DNA of 62,813 nucleotides, filler included, from Reclinomonas americana ATCC 50394 (Eukaryota), in assembly GCA_048213135.1 (NCBI GenBank). It is 5 parts of 2 records of this genome, joined end to end, with 100 filler letters (N's around TTAATTAATTAA, not from the genome) between each part and the next. Parts side by side here need not be neighbours in the genome. Positions count along the whole stretch, not along the records: positions 1 to 12,489 come from PS015365.1; positions 12,590 to 22,476 come from PS015365.1; positions 22,577 to 44,234 come from PS015365.1; 2 more parts are not named here. One strand, given 5' to 3'. The translations under genes were made by a program, and so were the position numbers. A model generated the notes under the pieces. It was not told the DNA's origin. It saw only the letters and a list, made by a program, of their open reading frames with translations, and ran no database searches. Positions 10,513 to 25,883 of the stretch are shown piece by piece; within the stretch, counting starts at the first letter, position 1, and each line of letters begins with the position of its first letter.

Positions 10513-12210
10513 ATGGCGCACGAGGTGAGTGGTCGCTCACTCACGCACTCTCGCACTCACTCGCCTCACTGCACTGCCGCCACCGCAAAGGGCGTGGACG
10601 ACTATCGCGCAGAGTTGCGCTGATCTCTCACACTTGGCGCTGATCTTGCCACTCACGAACCACACGCAGAGATCTTGTGCGCATGTTTCCGTTGGAGGAG
10701 AGGGCCAACCTTGGCGTGGGTGCCTATGCCGAAGTGGGCTTGTACATGCACGTGCCGAGGGAGAAGCCGGTCGCTGTCAAGGTTGGTCAGCCTATGTGCA
10801 CCACGCTGCTGCCTTCTTCTCCCCATGTGCGCTGTTGTTGTCCGCAGACCGAGCCTCACGACGCACACATCACGGAGCGCACTCTCCAATCGCAGCCAAT
10901 CATGGTTCGCAGACTGCAGCTGCTCACACGTCTCGCTTTGTTTTGTGCTGACGACTTGTCGTCAGGAGAACATTGAGAGCGTGATTCAGTGCTTCGGCTA
11001 CTTTATCGACAGTGGGTGTGTGTTGTGCCCTCTCGCTGCATGCCATGTGCCACCACTCACACTACATTCCCGCCAGCAGATATATCAACTACGTTCTCGA
11101 GTACATGGATGGTTTGTTGTGCTTCTCGTGACGCCTTGTTTCACGCGTTCACCTGCGACAACGACGACGACTGCAGGTCTGTCGCTTGAGTATCACCTCG
11201 AGAACTTGCCGGGGGGTTTCGCTGGACTGCCGCTCGACGTCGTCAAGGCCATCGTGTGGCAGGTGCGCTCCTTTCCGTCGCCAAGCTTTCTCTCTCATCA
11301 TCACTTCTCTTTCGCTTGCACTGCTTTTTATTCAGTGTCCCCCCCCCCTCCTCTCTCTCTGTCTCTCTTCGATCTCTTGCTCGCAGTTCATTCTGTTTGC
11401 CTTCTCCGTGTCTCTGTTCTCTTTCTTCTCTGAATCCTTCTGCCGTCCTATCGCATTGCTTGCGCTTCACTCTTCCACTTTCGCTCACCCTTCTGCTTTC
11501 GCTGCAGGTCACGCGCGGTCTGCGCAACATTCACGCTCGCAGAGTGGTGCACCGTGACATTCGCCCGGCCAACATCCTCCTCGACACGCAGGGGCAAGTG
11601 AAAGTCACCGACTTTAACACTTCGCGCCCACTGCGAGAGGGTTCATGGGGCTCAACATGTCTGGGGCAGTACTGCTACATGCCGGTTGCGTGCACAAGTA
11701 CACTCGCACTCTCACACTGTGCGCTATAGTTTCACCCGCATCTCGAACCCAATTGCAGCCAGAGGTTTTGAAATATCCACACAGGCACGGACTGAATGCC
11801 GATGTGTGGAGTCTTGGCATGACCACGTACTTTCTGGCGTGTGGAGTGAATCCGTTCGTGGCGCCATGTGTAACGCAACCTGTGCGTCGCCTTTGCTAAC
11901 TGCTCCTTCACGCACGTGCAGGATACCCCGCAACGCCGCGGGAGCCGAGATGGCACACGAGGATGGCGTTCCAGTTCTCGACCCATTGCTGTATGATCCA
12001 GATCTCTGCGACTTTGTGCGCGTGTGCCTCATCGCGGATCCCGCACTCCGGCCAGAATCGTCTGCGTTGCTGGAGCACCCAGTCTTTCACGGCATGGACC
12101 AAGTTAGAGCGATGGGGATCGTCAGTGACTGGCTGGTCAACCAGGTGGCATACCAACCGCGGCAGCTGCCGTCTGTGGCCGAGCTGCTCAGTGCACCCCA
12201 TGGTACATAA
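10513..12210 (+). CDS. Divergent Ser/Thr protein kinase, STE7/MAP2K-like, about 10 exons
   Basis: Spliced motifs LGVGAYAEV, VAVK, VLEYMDG, VHRDIRPANILL, VKVTDFN, YMP|PE, ADVWSLGMT, LCDFVRVCL, RPESSALLEHP. Confidence 0.9.
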
Positions 12211-12302
12211 AATTACAATAAGCCATCGCATCATTTCATTACGTCGTCTCAAGACATTGTCGGCGTCGCCCGCGTTCAGCCTGCACACGAGTGAGTTGAC
12301 TC

Positions 12303-12459
<157 letters not shown>

Positions 12460-12533
12460 CGACGACGACGTACGTACGTACGTACGACGNNNNNNNNNNN
12501 NNNNNNNNNNNNNNNNNNNNNNNNNNNNNNNNN

Positions 12534-12545
12534 TTAATTAATTAA
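12534..12545. other. Artificial contig spacer TTAATTAATTAA flanked by Ns; also at 22521-22532, 44279-44290 and 55926-55937
   Basis: Identical 12-mer with stops in all six frames, embedded in N runs four times. Confidence 0.97.
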
Positions 12546-12816
12546 NNNNNNNNNNNNNNNNNNNNNNNNNNNNNNNNNNNNNNNNNNNNAAAGCCGACCC
12601 TATGCTGCTCATCAGTGACGCAGAGGCGGTGATGGTGATGCGCCTGTTCTTCGACAGTGGCGCAGTTCATGTGTGTGGTGGCCTGCGGTGAGCCAAATGA
12701 GCAACTGTTCGTGAAAAGAAAACATGCATGAGCGACTCGAACGCACCTTGTGCTTGTGGTTGATGTTGCCCGCGGTCCATTTGCCAGTGATAGATGGTGT
12801 CTCAGGGCTAAACTCG

Positions 12817-13530
12817 TGATGGTAAAACCTCTCGCCTAAGGCGACATCTCCTCCGTGTGAACAAACGACTGCTGGTGAATCTCTCGCCTGTGGCGACATC
12901 TCCTCCGTGCACATAACAACTGCTGGTGAACTTGTGGCCTTGCTCCTCCATGCACAACCACCTGATGGTGAACTTGTGGTCTTGCTCCTCCGTGAATAAA
13001 CGACTGATGGTGATCCTCTCGCCTATGGCGACTCCTCGGTGCACAACCGACTGATGGTGAACTTGTGGCCTTGCTCCTCGTGAACAATCAACTGATGGTG
13101 ATCCTCCCGCCAGTGGCGACTCCTCCTCCGTGCACATAACAACTGCTGATGCACCTCTCGCCTGTGGCGACTCATCTCCTCCGTGAACAATCAACTGATG
13201 GTGACCCTCTCGCCAGTGGCGACTCCGCCTCCGTGAGCAAACGACAGATGATGCACCTCTCGCCTGTGGCGACTCCTCCTCCGTGAACAAACAACTGATC
13301 GTGACCCTCTCGCCTGTGGCGACTCATCTCCTCCGTGCACAACCGACTGATGGTGACCCTTCGCCTGTGGCGACTCCTCTCCGCGCACACAAAAACTGAT
13401 GCTGAACTCATGAACTTGACTCCTCCGTGCACAACCGACTGCCGATGAACCTCTCGCCTGTGGCGACTCCTCCTCCGTGCACAAACAACAACTGACGGTG
13501 ATCTCGACCGTGGCTAATCGCCTCCTCAAA
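12817..13530. repeat. Compound minisatellite, about 14-15 units of ~41-53 bp
   Basis: Unit ACTGATGGTGA-[cctctcgcctgtggcgact or acttgtggccttg]-CTCCTCCGTG(C/A)ACAA. Confidence 0.92.
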
Positions 13531-14093
13531 CGGTGGTGATGAACGCAGTCGCTCTTCGTGAAGACTGACTGGTGACGCCTCTCGGCGTACCCTCCCGCTG
13601 ACCGACTAGACCACGGAAAGAAACTGAAACTGAAGTGCCGCTCCTCCTCCTCCTGCTCCTCTTGAATCCGTACAACAATGCGCCCGTGCTCTATCGTAAG
13701 CAATCGCGTGGCGTGGCGTGGCGTGGCATGACAAAACCCTGGCGTAGTGGGAGAAAAAAGCGGTGGTGGTGACGATGGCTGCTGACCAAAAAGACACGAT
13801 GCTGCTGCTGCTGCTGATGCTGAGGCTCCTGAAACTCCTGACGAATAAAAACTGCTGCTGCTTCTGCTCCTCCTCCTCCTGACTACTACGGCTGTGGCTG
13901 TTGCTGCTGATCCTTCTCCTCGTCTACGGCAATGGATACGGAAAGAACGAACAAGGGTGTGCGGGGGGAAAATAGAAGTGGTGACGCTGCTGCTGCTGCT
14001 GCTGACGCTCCTGAAGCTGATCCCAAGAACCCGAAGAAGACGAACAACGACCAGACGAGTGCAGACCGACGGCGGCCAGAGTGGACACATACA

Positions 14094-14146
<53 letters not shown>

Positions 14147-14859
14147 ACACACATACAGACAACACAACATACAAACACACACAAAGGGGGAAACGGCGGC
14201 TCTGGTGGCGGTGGTGGTGCTTTCGCGCGGACGGTGTTTGCGCAGTGGGGCCCGCACGCGCGCAGCGACCGACTCGCAAGGACACGCGTTGCCGCGCATC
14301 TCGCTTGCAGTCGAATCGCCGCGCGCGCACGTCCGCCAGCCGAGGGGCCGGCAGAAGTGGTGGCGTGCAAGACGTACGTGCAGGGAAGCAGAAGTAGGGG
14401 GGAAGGCAGGACGACGACGACGACGACGATGGCGGCGCCAGGGGGCGCCAAGAACAGACGACGAGACGGAACCGAGCGGAAGAAGAAGACACACGAAGCG
14501 GCAAACGACAGGGCGGAAGGTGGAAGGTGGAAAGCGGAGATGACGAGGTGTGCGTGGGCGGGTGATGGTGAAAATGACGAAACAGTAGAGAGCACGATAG
14601 CCGGGGGGCAGTTGGAAGCGGAAGGGAAGGTGGAAATGTGCAAGTGGACACAACATGTGGTTGGGCGCGGCAAAATCGAAATCGACGATGGTGACAGGGC
14701 GTAGCGGAATCAACAACAATAACAACACAGAAGCACAGGGAACGAAAGCGGCATCCGGAGACCGACGGACACGAAAAGCGCAAGTGCTGACGTCACATCA
14801 CACACACAGAACTGACGTGGAGCAACAGCAAGAAGATGGGAAGGGAGCGGTCAGGGATG

Positions 14860-14962
<103 letters not shown>

Positions 14963-15408
14963 NNNNNNNNNNNNNNNNNNNNNNNNNNNNNNNNNNNNNN
15001 NNNNNNNNNNNNNNNNNNNNNNNNNNNNNNNNNNNNNNNNNNNNNNNNNNNNNNNNNNNNNNNNNNNNNNNNNNNNNNNNNNNNNNNNNNNNNNNNNNNN
15101 NNNNNNNNNNNNNNNNNNNNNNNNNNNNNNNNNNNNNNNNNNNNNNNNNNNNNNNNNNNNNNNNNNNNNNNNNNNNNNNNNNNNNNNNNNNNNNNNNNNN
15201 NNNNNNNNNNNNNNNNNNNNNNNNNNNNNNNNNNNNNNNNNNNNNNNNNNNNNNNNNNNNNNNNNNNNNNNNNNNNNNNNNNNNNNNNNNNNNNNNNNNN
15301 NNNNNNNNNNNNNNNNNNNNNNNNNNNNNNNNNNNNNNNNNNNNNNNNNNNNNNNNNNNNNNNNNNNNNNNNNNNNNNNNNNNNNNNNNNNNNNNNNNNN
15401 NNNNNNNN

Positions 15409-15543
<135 letters not shown>

Positions 15544-16203
15544 CACAGGTGCAAACACTCACATCCATCAAGAGGACACAAGGAGAGGGGAAAACTCCTC
15601 ACATAAAAGGTGGGGTGGTGGTCTGTGCGCACTGGAGGGGAGAAGAAAAGAGAATGTACAAATTAAAAACAGTGAGCACACACGTGGACAGTCGCGTTGA
15701 AAGTGGATGCGAGGAATGGGAGAGGTCGGGAAGGGAAAAGTGGAGATGGCCGGCAAAAAAATCAAAGTCGAGGAAAAAAGCTCAAACGAGGAGAAACGTG
15801 GCACTGAAGAGCAGGAGAGGGAGAGGAGGGAGTATAGAGAAGGGGAGACGCACAAAAGTGAGAACAGTGGGAGGCGCTAAAAAAAGACTTAACGTCAAAT
15901 AACCGAGAAGAAAGGATGAGAAGAGAGAAGAGAGCACAGCGAGGGGAGATACAGGGAGAGGAGAGAACAAAAAGGAGTAGAGGCAAGAATGGAGCGGGAA
16001 AACACACAAGGAGGAGTTGTGAATTCTCACCAGACACAACGCAAAAAAGAAACTGACAGATCCTGTCCTCGGATGGACCGGATTCGCCGGGATTGTCGGG
16101 TCTGACTTATGGTGTGGGATTTTGTGATCGAAGCCTCAACCAGATTATCTTTGGTATTCGTTCTGTGTTTTACTGCCAGGCTTTCACCATTGCTTCCTCT
16201 CCT

Positions 16204-18022
16204 TCAACGAGAGGCAGCCACGGCAGCCACCTGTCCGCGCTTCCCGCCAGCGACTGTGGCTGTGGCGGCGGCCTTTTCGGCGCGGAGAGCCTTACTGCAC
16301 ACGTACACACTCCACTCAGCAACAAGTGGCGACACAGACACATGGAGAGAAAACGCACGTTCTGACAGTCTTGTACTGCCCCTCGACAATCTCCAGCTTG
16401 CGCTCCCAGTTCTTCAGTTCCTTGTCCAACTCGTACATTTCCGCCTTTTGTTGCACATAGTCGAGCACCTGAGAGAGAAAGAGAGAGAGAGAGTGTGTGA
16501 GCACAGCAAACCACCATCGCCTCCATCACAGTCGACGAAACCTCGGGTACTCGAATCTCCTCCTGCTGATTGCGCAGTCGCTCATTGGCTTGCTGTGCAA
16601 TCTCCCGCGCCGCCGTGACCTCGTCAATCTCCGCCCGCAATCTCTCCAGCTGGTGTTCCCGTTGTGCAATCTCGCGCTGCAACCACGCATTCTCGGCCAC
16701 CAAGTGTCCCAGCTCCTCCTTCAATCCGTTCAGCGCCGCCACCGTGTTGGCGGTGGTGAGCTTGAGGGTGAGCAGGTCGGCGTTCTTCTCCTCAATCTTC
16801 TCCAGGTACTGTGCATGCTCGATCTTCAGCTGCTCAAAGTCGACCTTGTCAAACGTCTGCACGGAAGTGGAGAAAAGGGTTAGTGAGTCGCTGCCGCCAA
16901 TCATCATGGACCATGGGCACGCCACGTACTTCGCCGCCATCGTCACGCTGCTTCACTTGCTGCTCGAGCTTCTTCTGTGTGCCCTTCAGCGACTGGTTCT
17001 TGAGTCGCAGCTTCTCGCACAGCGCGTCCTGCACACACAACACAATCAGCACGAAAGATTTCACTCCCCCCTTCACCACCATCGACGCACCTTGTGCTTC
17101 AGCTTCTCCTCAAAGAAGCGAATGACTTTCTCCGCCGTGTGCTTCTGCTGCTGGTCGGCCTCGGTTTGCAGGAGAATCTCGCGGCGGAACTCCAGTGCCT
17201 CCTTGCGCAGATCCGACACGTGAATGTCGCTCTCCACCATGCGCGCCTACCCCACACCACGATCAGCACGCTCCACAAGAAAAAACCAACAAGGAAGAAG
17301 AGAGGAGTAGTGCCACACCTTCACATCCTCAATCTCCAAGTCCAACCGCTTCTTGTCCTTGGCCAGCTCCTTCATGCGCTCCTCGGTCTCCTCACGCGCA
17401 ATCTCAATCTTCACGTCCACCGGCAGCAAGTACTTTTCCGCATCCCGTTTCCTTCGTTGCCGCATTTGCCGTTTCTGACAGCGCGAAGAGTACGTGCGTG
17501 AGAGAGAGGGAGAGGACGGAATGGAGTGGAGTAAAGAGGAGAGTGGAGAACCTTGCGATCGGCCGCAGTGCCCGGCTGCATGTTGGAGGTGGAGCTGGAC
17601 TCGGAGAACTCTGACATGGTCTCCGAGTCGATTCCCACACTGGTGCCAGCCGATGGGCGACCCAGCACCTCTCCAGCCTCACGTAGCGCCACTGTGGTGT
17701 CCTTGTCCTTGCGCTGAGGCCCAGAGAGATGAGTGATGATCACATATCAGGCCTGAGTGTGTGTATGAGAGAGAAGAGGTACCTTCAAGTAGCGGCTAAA
17801 CATCTCATTCTCCAGCGCCAACAGCTCATTCTTGGAGCGATACAGCTGTGCGCACACACACACAAATGAGCGCTCTTCTTCTCCTCACTGTTGACAAGCT
17901 GTGACACGACTTGCCTCCAGTCTCTCAGCAATCACTTCCAGGTCGAGCAAGTCATCGGCCTCTCCCTCTCCACCCCGCTCGTCATCGTCGACCGGGCTGT
18001 TGGATCGCGCAGAGAGTGACAT
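16204..18022 (-). CDS. CCDC113: Cilia- and flagella-associated coiled-coil protein CCDC113 (CFAP263)
   Basis: Spliced motifs LALENEMFSRY, LRKEALEFRREI, DALCEKLRLKN, VDFEQLKIEHAQYLEKIEEKN, RVPE|VLDYVQQKA and WERKLEIVE match the recalled family. Confidence 0.88.
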
Positions 18023-18102
18023 TGTGTGTTTGCAACGCTCACTCCATCCGTCGACCCGCTCGGACGGTGGAAATACATCACGTCATTGTGCTGGTGTGTG
18101 CG

Positions 18103-19299
18103 ATGAGTTTGGTCGCGAAGGATGTCGTGCTGCCGTTGCAGCTGCGGCCGAGCGAGCTGCGCGATGTCAACCAGAGCATCCGCGAGCGATTGCGAGCCAT
18201 GCAGGGCAAGTTGCGTTTCCCACCTTTGGAGATGAGAGAGCGCGCGCGTGTGTGTGTGCATGTCTGTGTGTGTACGTGTGACCACGTGCCACTGGTGGGA
18301 GCACGCAAGAGTGCAAGCGAACAGGGGCGAAGAGAGGGAAAGCGTGTGTGAATGTGCACATACATGGCTCACACTCCTTTCCGCCCCCTCCCGCGCATGC
18401 ACAGACACAGCACGGCACTTGGTGGCGTACTAGTGCGCTACTCGAGTGTCCGACTCGTGCCTGGCGGTCGCCTCGGACGCATTGTGGCCGACGCACCATT
18501 CGTGCTCACGGCACTGCAGCTGCGCGCGACTCTGTTCTCGCCCGAGGTCGGCGCGCGTCTGGCCAACGTGCCAGTGACGCACGTGGGCCACGATCAGATC
18601 GGTCTGTTGGTGCACGGCCGCTTCAATGCGTCGGTCAGCTTCCATCCGTCGCTCAGCGAGGCCGGCTATGTCGAGGCCAGCGATGGAGTGTTTGAGCGCG
18701 AGGGTGGCGAGTGTGAGGAGCTGGGCTTGCCGGCGACGCTGCAGGTCGGCTCGCGTGTCACGCTAGTGGTCAAGGCCGTGCGCAGCGATAAGGGCATGAT
18801 GGCGTTGGAGTGTGAAGTTCCGAGACTGGCGTCGGAGGTGACGGACATGGAGGTGGAGAGCGAGGGCGAAGAACAACAGCAGCATAAGCACAAGAAGAAG
18901 GAGGACGATGCGCTGTCAGCAGAGGAGCGCAGGGAGAAGAAGAGACAGCGGCGATTGGCGCGTATGCAGGAGGCTGGTCGGAAGCGCGCACGTGACGATG
19001 ATGACGACGGCGAGGAGGCTGTGGAAGTGGCGACTGTGGAGGAGGAGGCGGAACCGCCACTGAAGAAGAAGAAGAAGAGCAAGACTCCCAAGAAGAAGGT
19101 GGAGGTGGAGGTGGAGGCTGAGGTGGTGGAGGAGGAGCCGGTGCGGACGACACCGAAGCGTGTTCATTTTGACGAGTCGGCGAACACTGCCAATGGAGTG
19201 GCGGTGGCGGCCGCAGTGTCCGAGTCGAAGAAGGACAAGAAGGACAAGAAGAAGAAGAAGAAGAGGAAGCAGGAGGCTGAGGATGAGGACGAGGAGTGA
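18103..19299 (+). CDS. RPA43: RNA polymerase I subunit RPA43 (RPB7-like) with an acidic/Lys-rich tail
   Basis: LQLRPSEL...LGGVLVRY...GRIVADAPFV...LFSPEVG...HIGLLV-like (DQIGLLVHGRFNASV). One intron 18210-18404. KKKK-rich tail typical of nucleolar proteins. Confidence 0.88.
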
Positions 19300-20012
19300 A
19301 AACAAAGTAGTTTGATTTACGAACGCAGCTGTCCCACTCGTTTTCCGNNNNNNNNNNNNNNNNNNNNNNNNNNNNNNNNNNNNNNNNNNNNNNNNNNNNN
19401 NNNNNNNNNNNNNNNNNNNNNNNNNNNNNNNNNNNNNNNNNNNNNNNNNNNNNNNNNNNNNNNNNNNNNNNNNNNNNNNNNNNNNNNNNNNNNNNNNNNN
19501 NNNNNNNNNNNNNNNNNNNNNNNNNNNNNNNNNNNNNNNNNNNNNNNNNNNNNNNNNNNNNNNNNNNNNNNNNNNNNNNNNNNNNNNNNNNNNNNNNNNN
19601 NNNNNNNNNNNNNNNNNNNNNNNNNNNNNNNNNNNNNNNNNNNNNNNNNNNNNNNNNNNNNNNNNNNNNNNNNNNNNNNNNNNNNNNNNNNNNNNNNNNN
19701 NNNNNNNNNNNNNNNNNNNNNNNNNNNNNNNNNNNNNNNNNNNNNNNNNNNNNNNNNNNNNNNNNNNNNNNNNNNNNNNNNNNNNNNNNNNNNNNNNNNN
19801 NNNNNNNNNNNNNNNNNNNNNNNNNNNNNNNNNNNNNNNNNNNNNNNNNNNNNNNNNNNNNNNNNNNNNNNNNNNNNNNNNNNNNNNNNNNNNNNNNNNN
19901 NNNNNNNNNNNNNNNNNNNNNNNNNNNNNNNNNNNNNNNNNNNNNNNNNNNNNNNNNNNNNNNNNNNNNNNNNNNNNNNNNNNNNNNNNNNNNTTCTCTC
20001 GTTGTCGCGCGC

Positions 20013-20203
20013 ATGAGCGAGTTGTCTCTGCTGTCGTGGGTGCTGCTGGTGGCCGGTGGTGCGCTGGTGGCGTTGACACTGGTGCATGCGGTTCGGAGAC
20101 TGTTCCCGGCCGCGCTGTGGTTGTGGCGCATGCGCAACTCCTGTGTGGTGGTTCCGCCGCAGAACCCCATTCTCGGGCATGGTATGGCATACATTTTGCG
20201 GGT

Positions 20204-20238
<35 letters not shown>

Positions 20239-22476
20239 CGCTCGCTCATGACTGTGTCTGTGCGTCATCGTGCAGCACTCAAATTCCAGGGCGCATGGAA
20301 CGAGTACATTGCCTCGTGTCATCGTCAGGTGCAGTGCTGCTGCTCTCTCTTCACATACACTCACACATGCACACGCAACATTCGCAGCGGACGCAGTGTG
20401 TTGTATGTGGAATGAGATTTGTTGTGATTTTGAAGCACTTAACACGATACAACTCTTCACTCCTGTGCAGTACGGCAAGTGCATCTTCCACCGCATTCTG
20501 CTGCACACGTTTGTCACGGTGCAGGATGTGAACATGTCGAAGCAGATCCTGCAGCATTACCAGGTGCTGTTTGTCCGAGTCGTGCTCGTGCTTGTCTCTC
20601 GCTAACACGCTGTGCTGTGCAGAAATGGTCGCACACGTCCTTCTGGGGACCCGTCAAGGAGTGCATGAGTTCCGGTGAGTACATTGCCTCCTCGATTCAT
20701 TTGCAGCTTGTTTCCGACCCTTCCGCACCTGCAGCTGTTCTCTTCCTGGATGGCTCCGAGTGGTATCGTGTGCGGTGCGTCATGCTGCTGCCGCATGCTT
20801 GCATCCACACTGCGCGCAGATACGTAAACTCTCCGTTTCTCCTTCCCCACAGCAAAACACTGAATGCCGGCTTTGCTGACGTGCGCCTGGAGAAGCTCAT
20901 CGACAAGATGGACAGTTGCGTGTGCTTGTTATTGCCATGGCCATGCACGGTGATGCTCACGCTCTGCCATCTCTCCAGCCGTGATTGAGAACTTCATGAC
21001 CTTGATTGAGAAGAAGGGCGAGGGAACCGAGTTTGATGTCTCGCGCGGTCTGCCCTCCTCCGTCACGCTGTTGTCGCGAATAGTTGACTCACCTCCGTCG
21101 CACAGTGCTCATGACGCTGGCATTCGAGGTGACCTGCCGTACCGTGTTCTCGCAATCGTTTGTGACCGACTTGGAGCAGAGCCAGTTGCGCAGCAGCTTT
21201 CAAGAGCCATACGGTACATTTCTAACACTGTCGTCGCTTGTCAGTGCACTGTCCAAGGCACTGGACGACATTGTGGTGGAGCTGGAGTGCCGCTTCCAGG
21301 AGGTGTTGCCGTGGTACCTCCTGCGCTTGTCGCGCCACCGGGAGAACGGAAGCACTGCGCGTCGCATTGGTGTGGTTCTGTGGACGGTCGGACCATTTCT
21401 CGACTCACCACTCATTTTTTCTGTGCATGCACACACAGTGAACGAGTTGATCGAAGAGAGACTGCGTGAGACGCAGGAGGCACGACTGGCCCGCGGTCAG
21501 GCCGATCTGTTGGACAGCATCCTGCTGGCTTCGGAGGAGGCTGAACGATCTGACAAGCTGGATATTCGCAATGGTGTGTCTTGTTGTCTCTACAACGTCC
21601 CTCTTGCACCTTTCTCATCTTCCCCCCCTCTCTCTCTTTCATCGCAGTCGGAGACAATGTTCTTGGATTCATCATTGGTTGCGTCTTCTCTCCGTCGTGC
21701 TGACATTTTTTTGAAGAAGGTCTCACTCATCACATGTGTTGCACGCAGCTGGACAGGTGTGCATGCAGGCGCGCAGTGCGTCTCTCTCATTTAACTCACT
21801 CTTCTTTCGATAGGATACAACAAGCACCACTCTGTGCTTTGCGCTCTACAATCTGGCGACGGTGAGCTCGCGATCGAGGATATACTGCGAATGCACTGTT
21901 GGTGTTTTACTCATCATGTGCCTTTTGCTGCAGCGCCCGGAGCTGATGAAGGAGGTGCGTGGCCATGCACAAATCTTGACTCTTTTCTGGTTCTCTTACC
22001 TACTGTCTTCCGCAGTTGCAACGAGAGATCGACCGGGTGGTGGCCTCTGCCAACGGAAACATCACGATGGAGGCGCTGGAGCAACTGGAAGTGCTGGACG
22101 CCTTCCTGCACGAGAATCTGCGCCTCTTCCCACCTGGAGTACGTAGTCGCAAGGGGGGAAGTGGGACTGCTCGTCGTTGTCGCCCTCCCTCATCCCTGTG
22201 CACGACAGGTGGCTGTCTCGCGCACCGCGTTGGAGGACATTACGCTCACCAGCGAGAAAGGCGACTTGTTCGTCCAGAAGGGAGTTGCGCACGATCCGCA
22301 CTCGCGCTTGGCGCTCGCCGCTTGTTCTCATTCCCGTCACGCACATACAGAGCGAGGTGCTGATGGACATCTGGGGACTGCAGGCATGTGTGGCGCACTG
22401 CAGACCATTGTGGCAGAGAACCACTCACCCGCCTTTCGCGCAGCGCAACAAGGACGTGTGGGGCGCCGATGCTGAG
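20013..22476 (+). CDS. Cytochrome P450, many small exons; C-terminal heme-Cys region lost in the gap
   Basis: N-terminal TM, PPQNPILGH, EWYRVRK, DLLDSILLA, I-helix FIIAGQDTT, K-helix ENLR (ExxR), VQKG|SEVLMDIWGLQ|RNKDVWG. Confidence 0.92.
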
Positions 22477-22599
22477 NNNNNNNNNNNNNNNNNNNNNNNN
22501 NNNNNNNNNNNNNNNNNNNNTTAATTAATTAANNNNNNNNNNNNNNNNNNNNNNNNNNNNNNNNNNNNNNNNNNNNAACCGTACCACGACGACGACGAC

Positions 22600-22676
<77 letters not shown>

Positions 22677-22678
<2 letters not shown>

Positions 22679-23036
22679 CTGTGTGCAGTCAGTGTCACAG
22701 CAACAGTTCACATCGCACACGGCGGCCGTCAGATCGCAGATGCAGCTGCCGAGAGCTGTCCATCACAGACAATGTGAGTGTGATGACAACACACTCTGTC
22801 AGGCACACACACACTCTCTCTCTCCTCTGCCACACGAGCACGCAACAGATGGTCTGTGTGTTGAGTGCGCCTGTCTTGAGATTGGCAAAGTCCACCGGGT
22901 ACGTGCTCGTGATGCCGGTGGCGGCTTGTGCGCGCACCTCCGACACACAGCACAAGAGGGCCACTATGGTGACTACCAGCACCACCAGCAAGGGCAGAGG
23001 GAGGGAAACAGGCGACACGATTAATCTCCTTCTCAT
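22677..23036 (-). CDS. TCTN: Tectonic-family ciliary transition-zone protein, N-terminal part only
   Basis: Signal peptide followed by GSCICDLTAAVCDVNCCCDTDC, the tectonic Cys signature. Truncated at the contig end. Confidence 0.88.
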
Positions 23037-23183
23037 CGTGATTGTCGATGATCGAGTCGATAATGGGCAGTTTGTGTCCCGCACGTTCTTGTTTTTTTGT
23101 TTTTTTCATTGGCCTCTCCTCTTGACCGCCTCACAGTCGACCACCACAGCGTATCGCACACATCTCGCCTCCGTCGCCACCGC

Positions 23184-25546
<2,363 letters not shown>

Positions 25547-25883
25547 TGCGTGTTGGTTGGTGTGATGGTGAGAGGACATTTTGGCGGGACATGAAAGAAC
25601 GGCATGCGAACGTCGAAGCAACCTTCCTCGTCGAATGGAGCATCAAGGACTCTGTGAGTGAGTGCAAATGACCTGGCAAGTCGCGCCGTTAACAAATTTT
25701 CCTGATCGTCGCCAATGGACGTCGACGCCAAGGTTCCACGTAAACATGCGAAAGCGTTAATTATTGGTGATTCGCTCTCCTCTCTCCCTGCCTCTAAACA
25801 GTGTCATCCGTGCCGAGAAGTGTCACCTTGTCTCGGTTTTCTCCTTGCCCTGTGTGCGCACGCACACAGCATGAGCAACGTCG

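Noticed and set aside
12817..13530. Possible CRISPR array (also considered for 50034-50470)
   Set aside because: There are no unique spacers, the units are degenerate copies of each other, no cas genes are present and the context is eukaryotic.
13191..14783. 530-aa ORF and overlapping ORFs
   Set aside because: They run through CA repeats and the minisatellite with no recognisable domain or splice-supported structure. A real gene here cannot be excluded.
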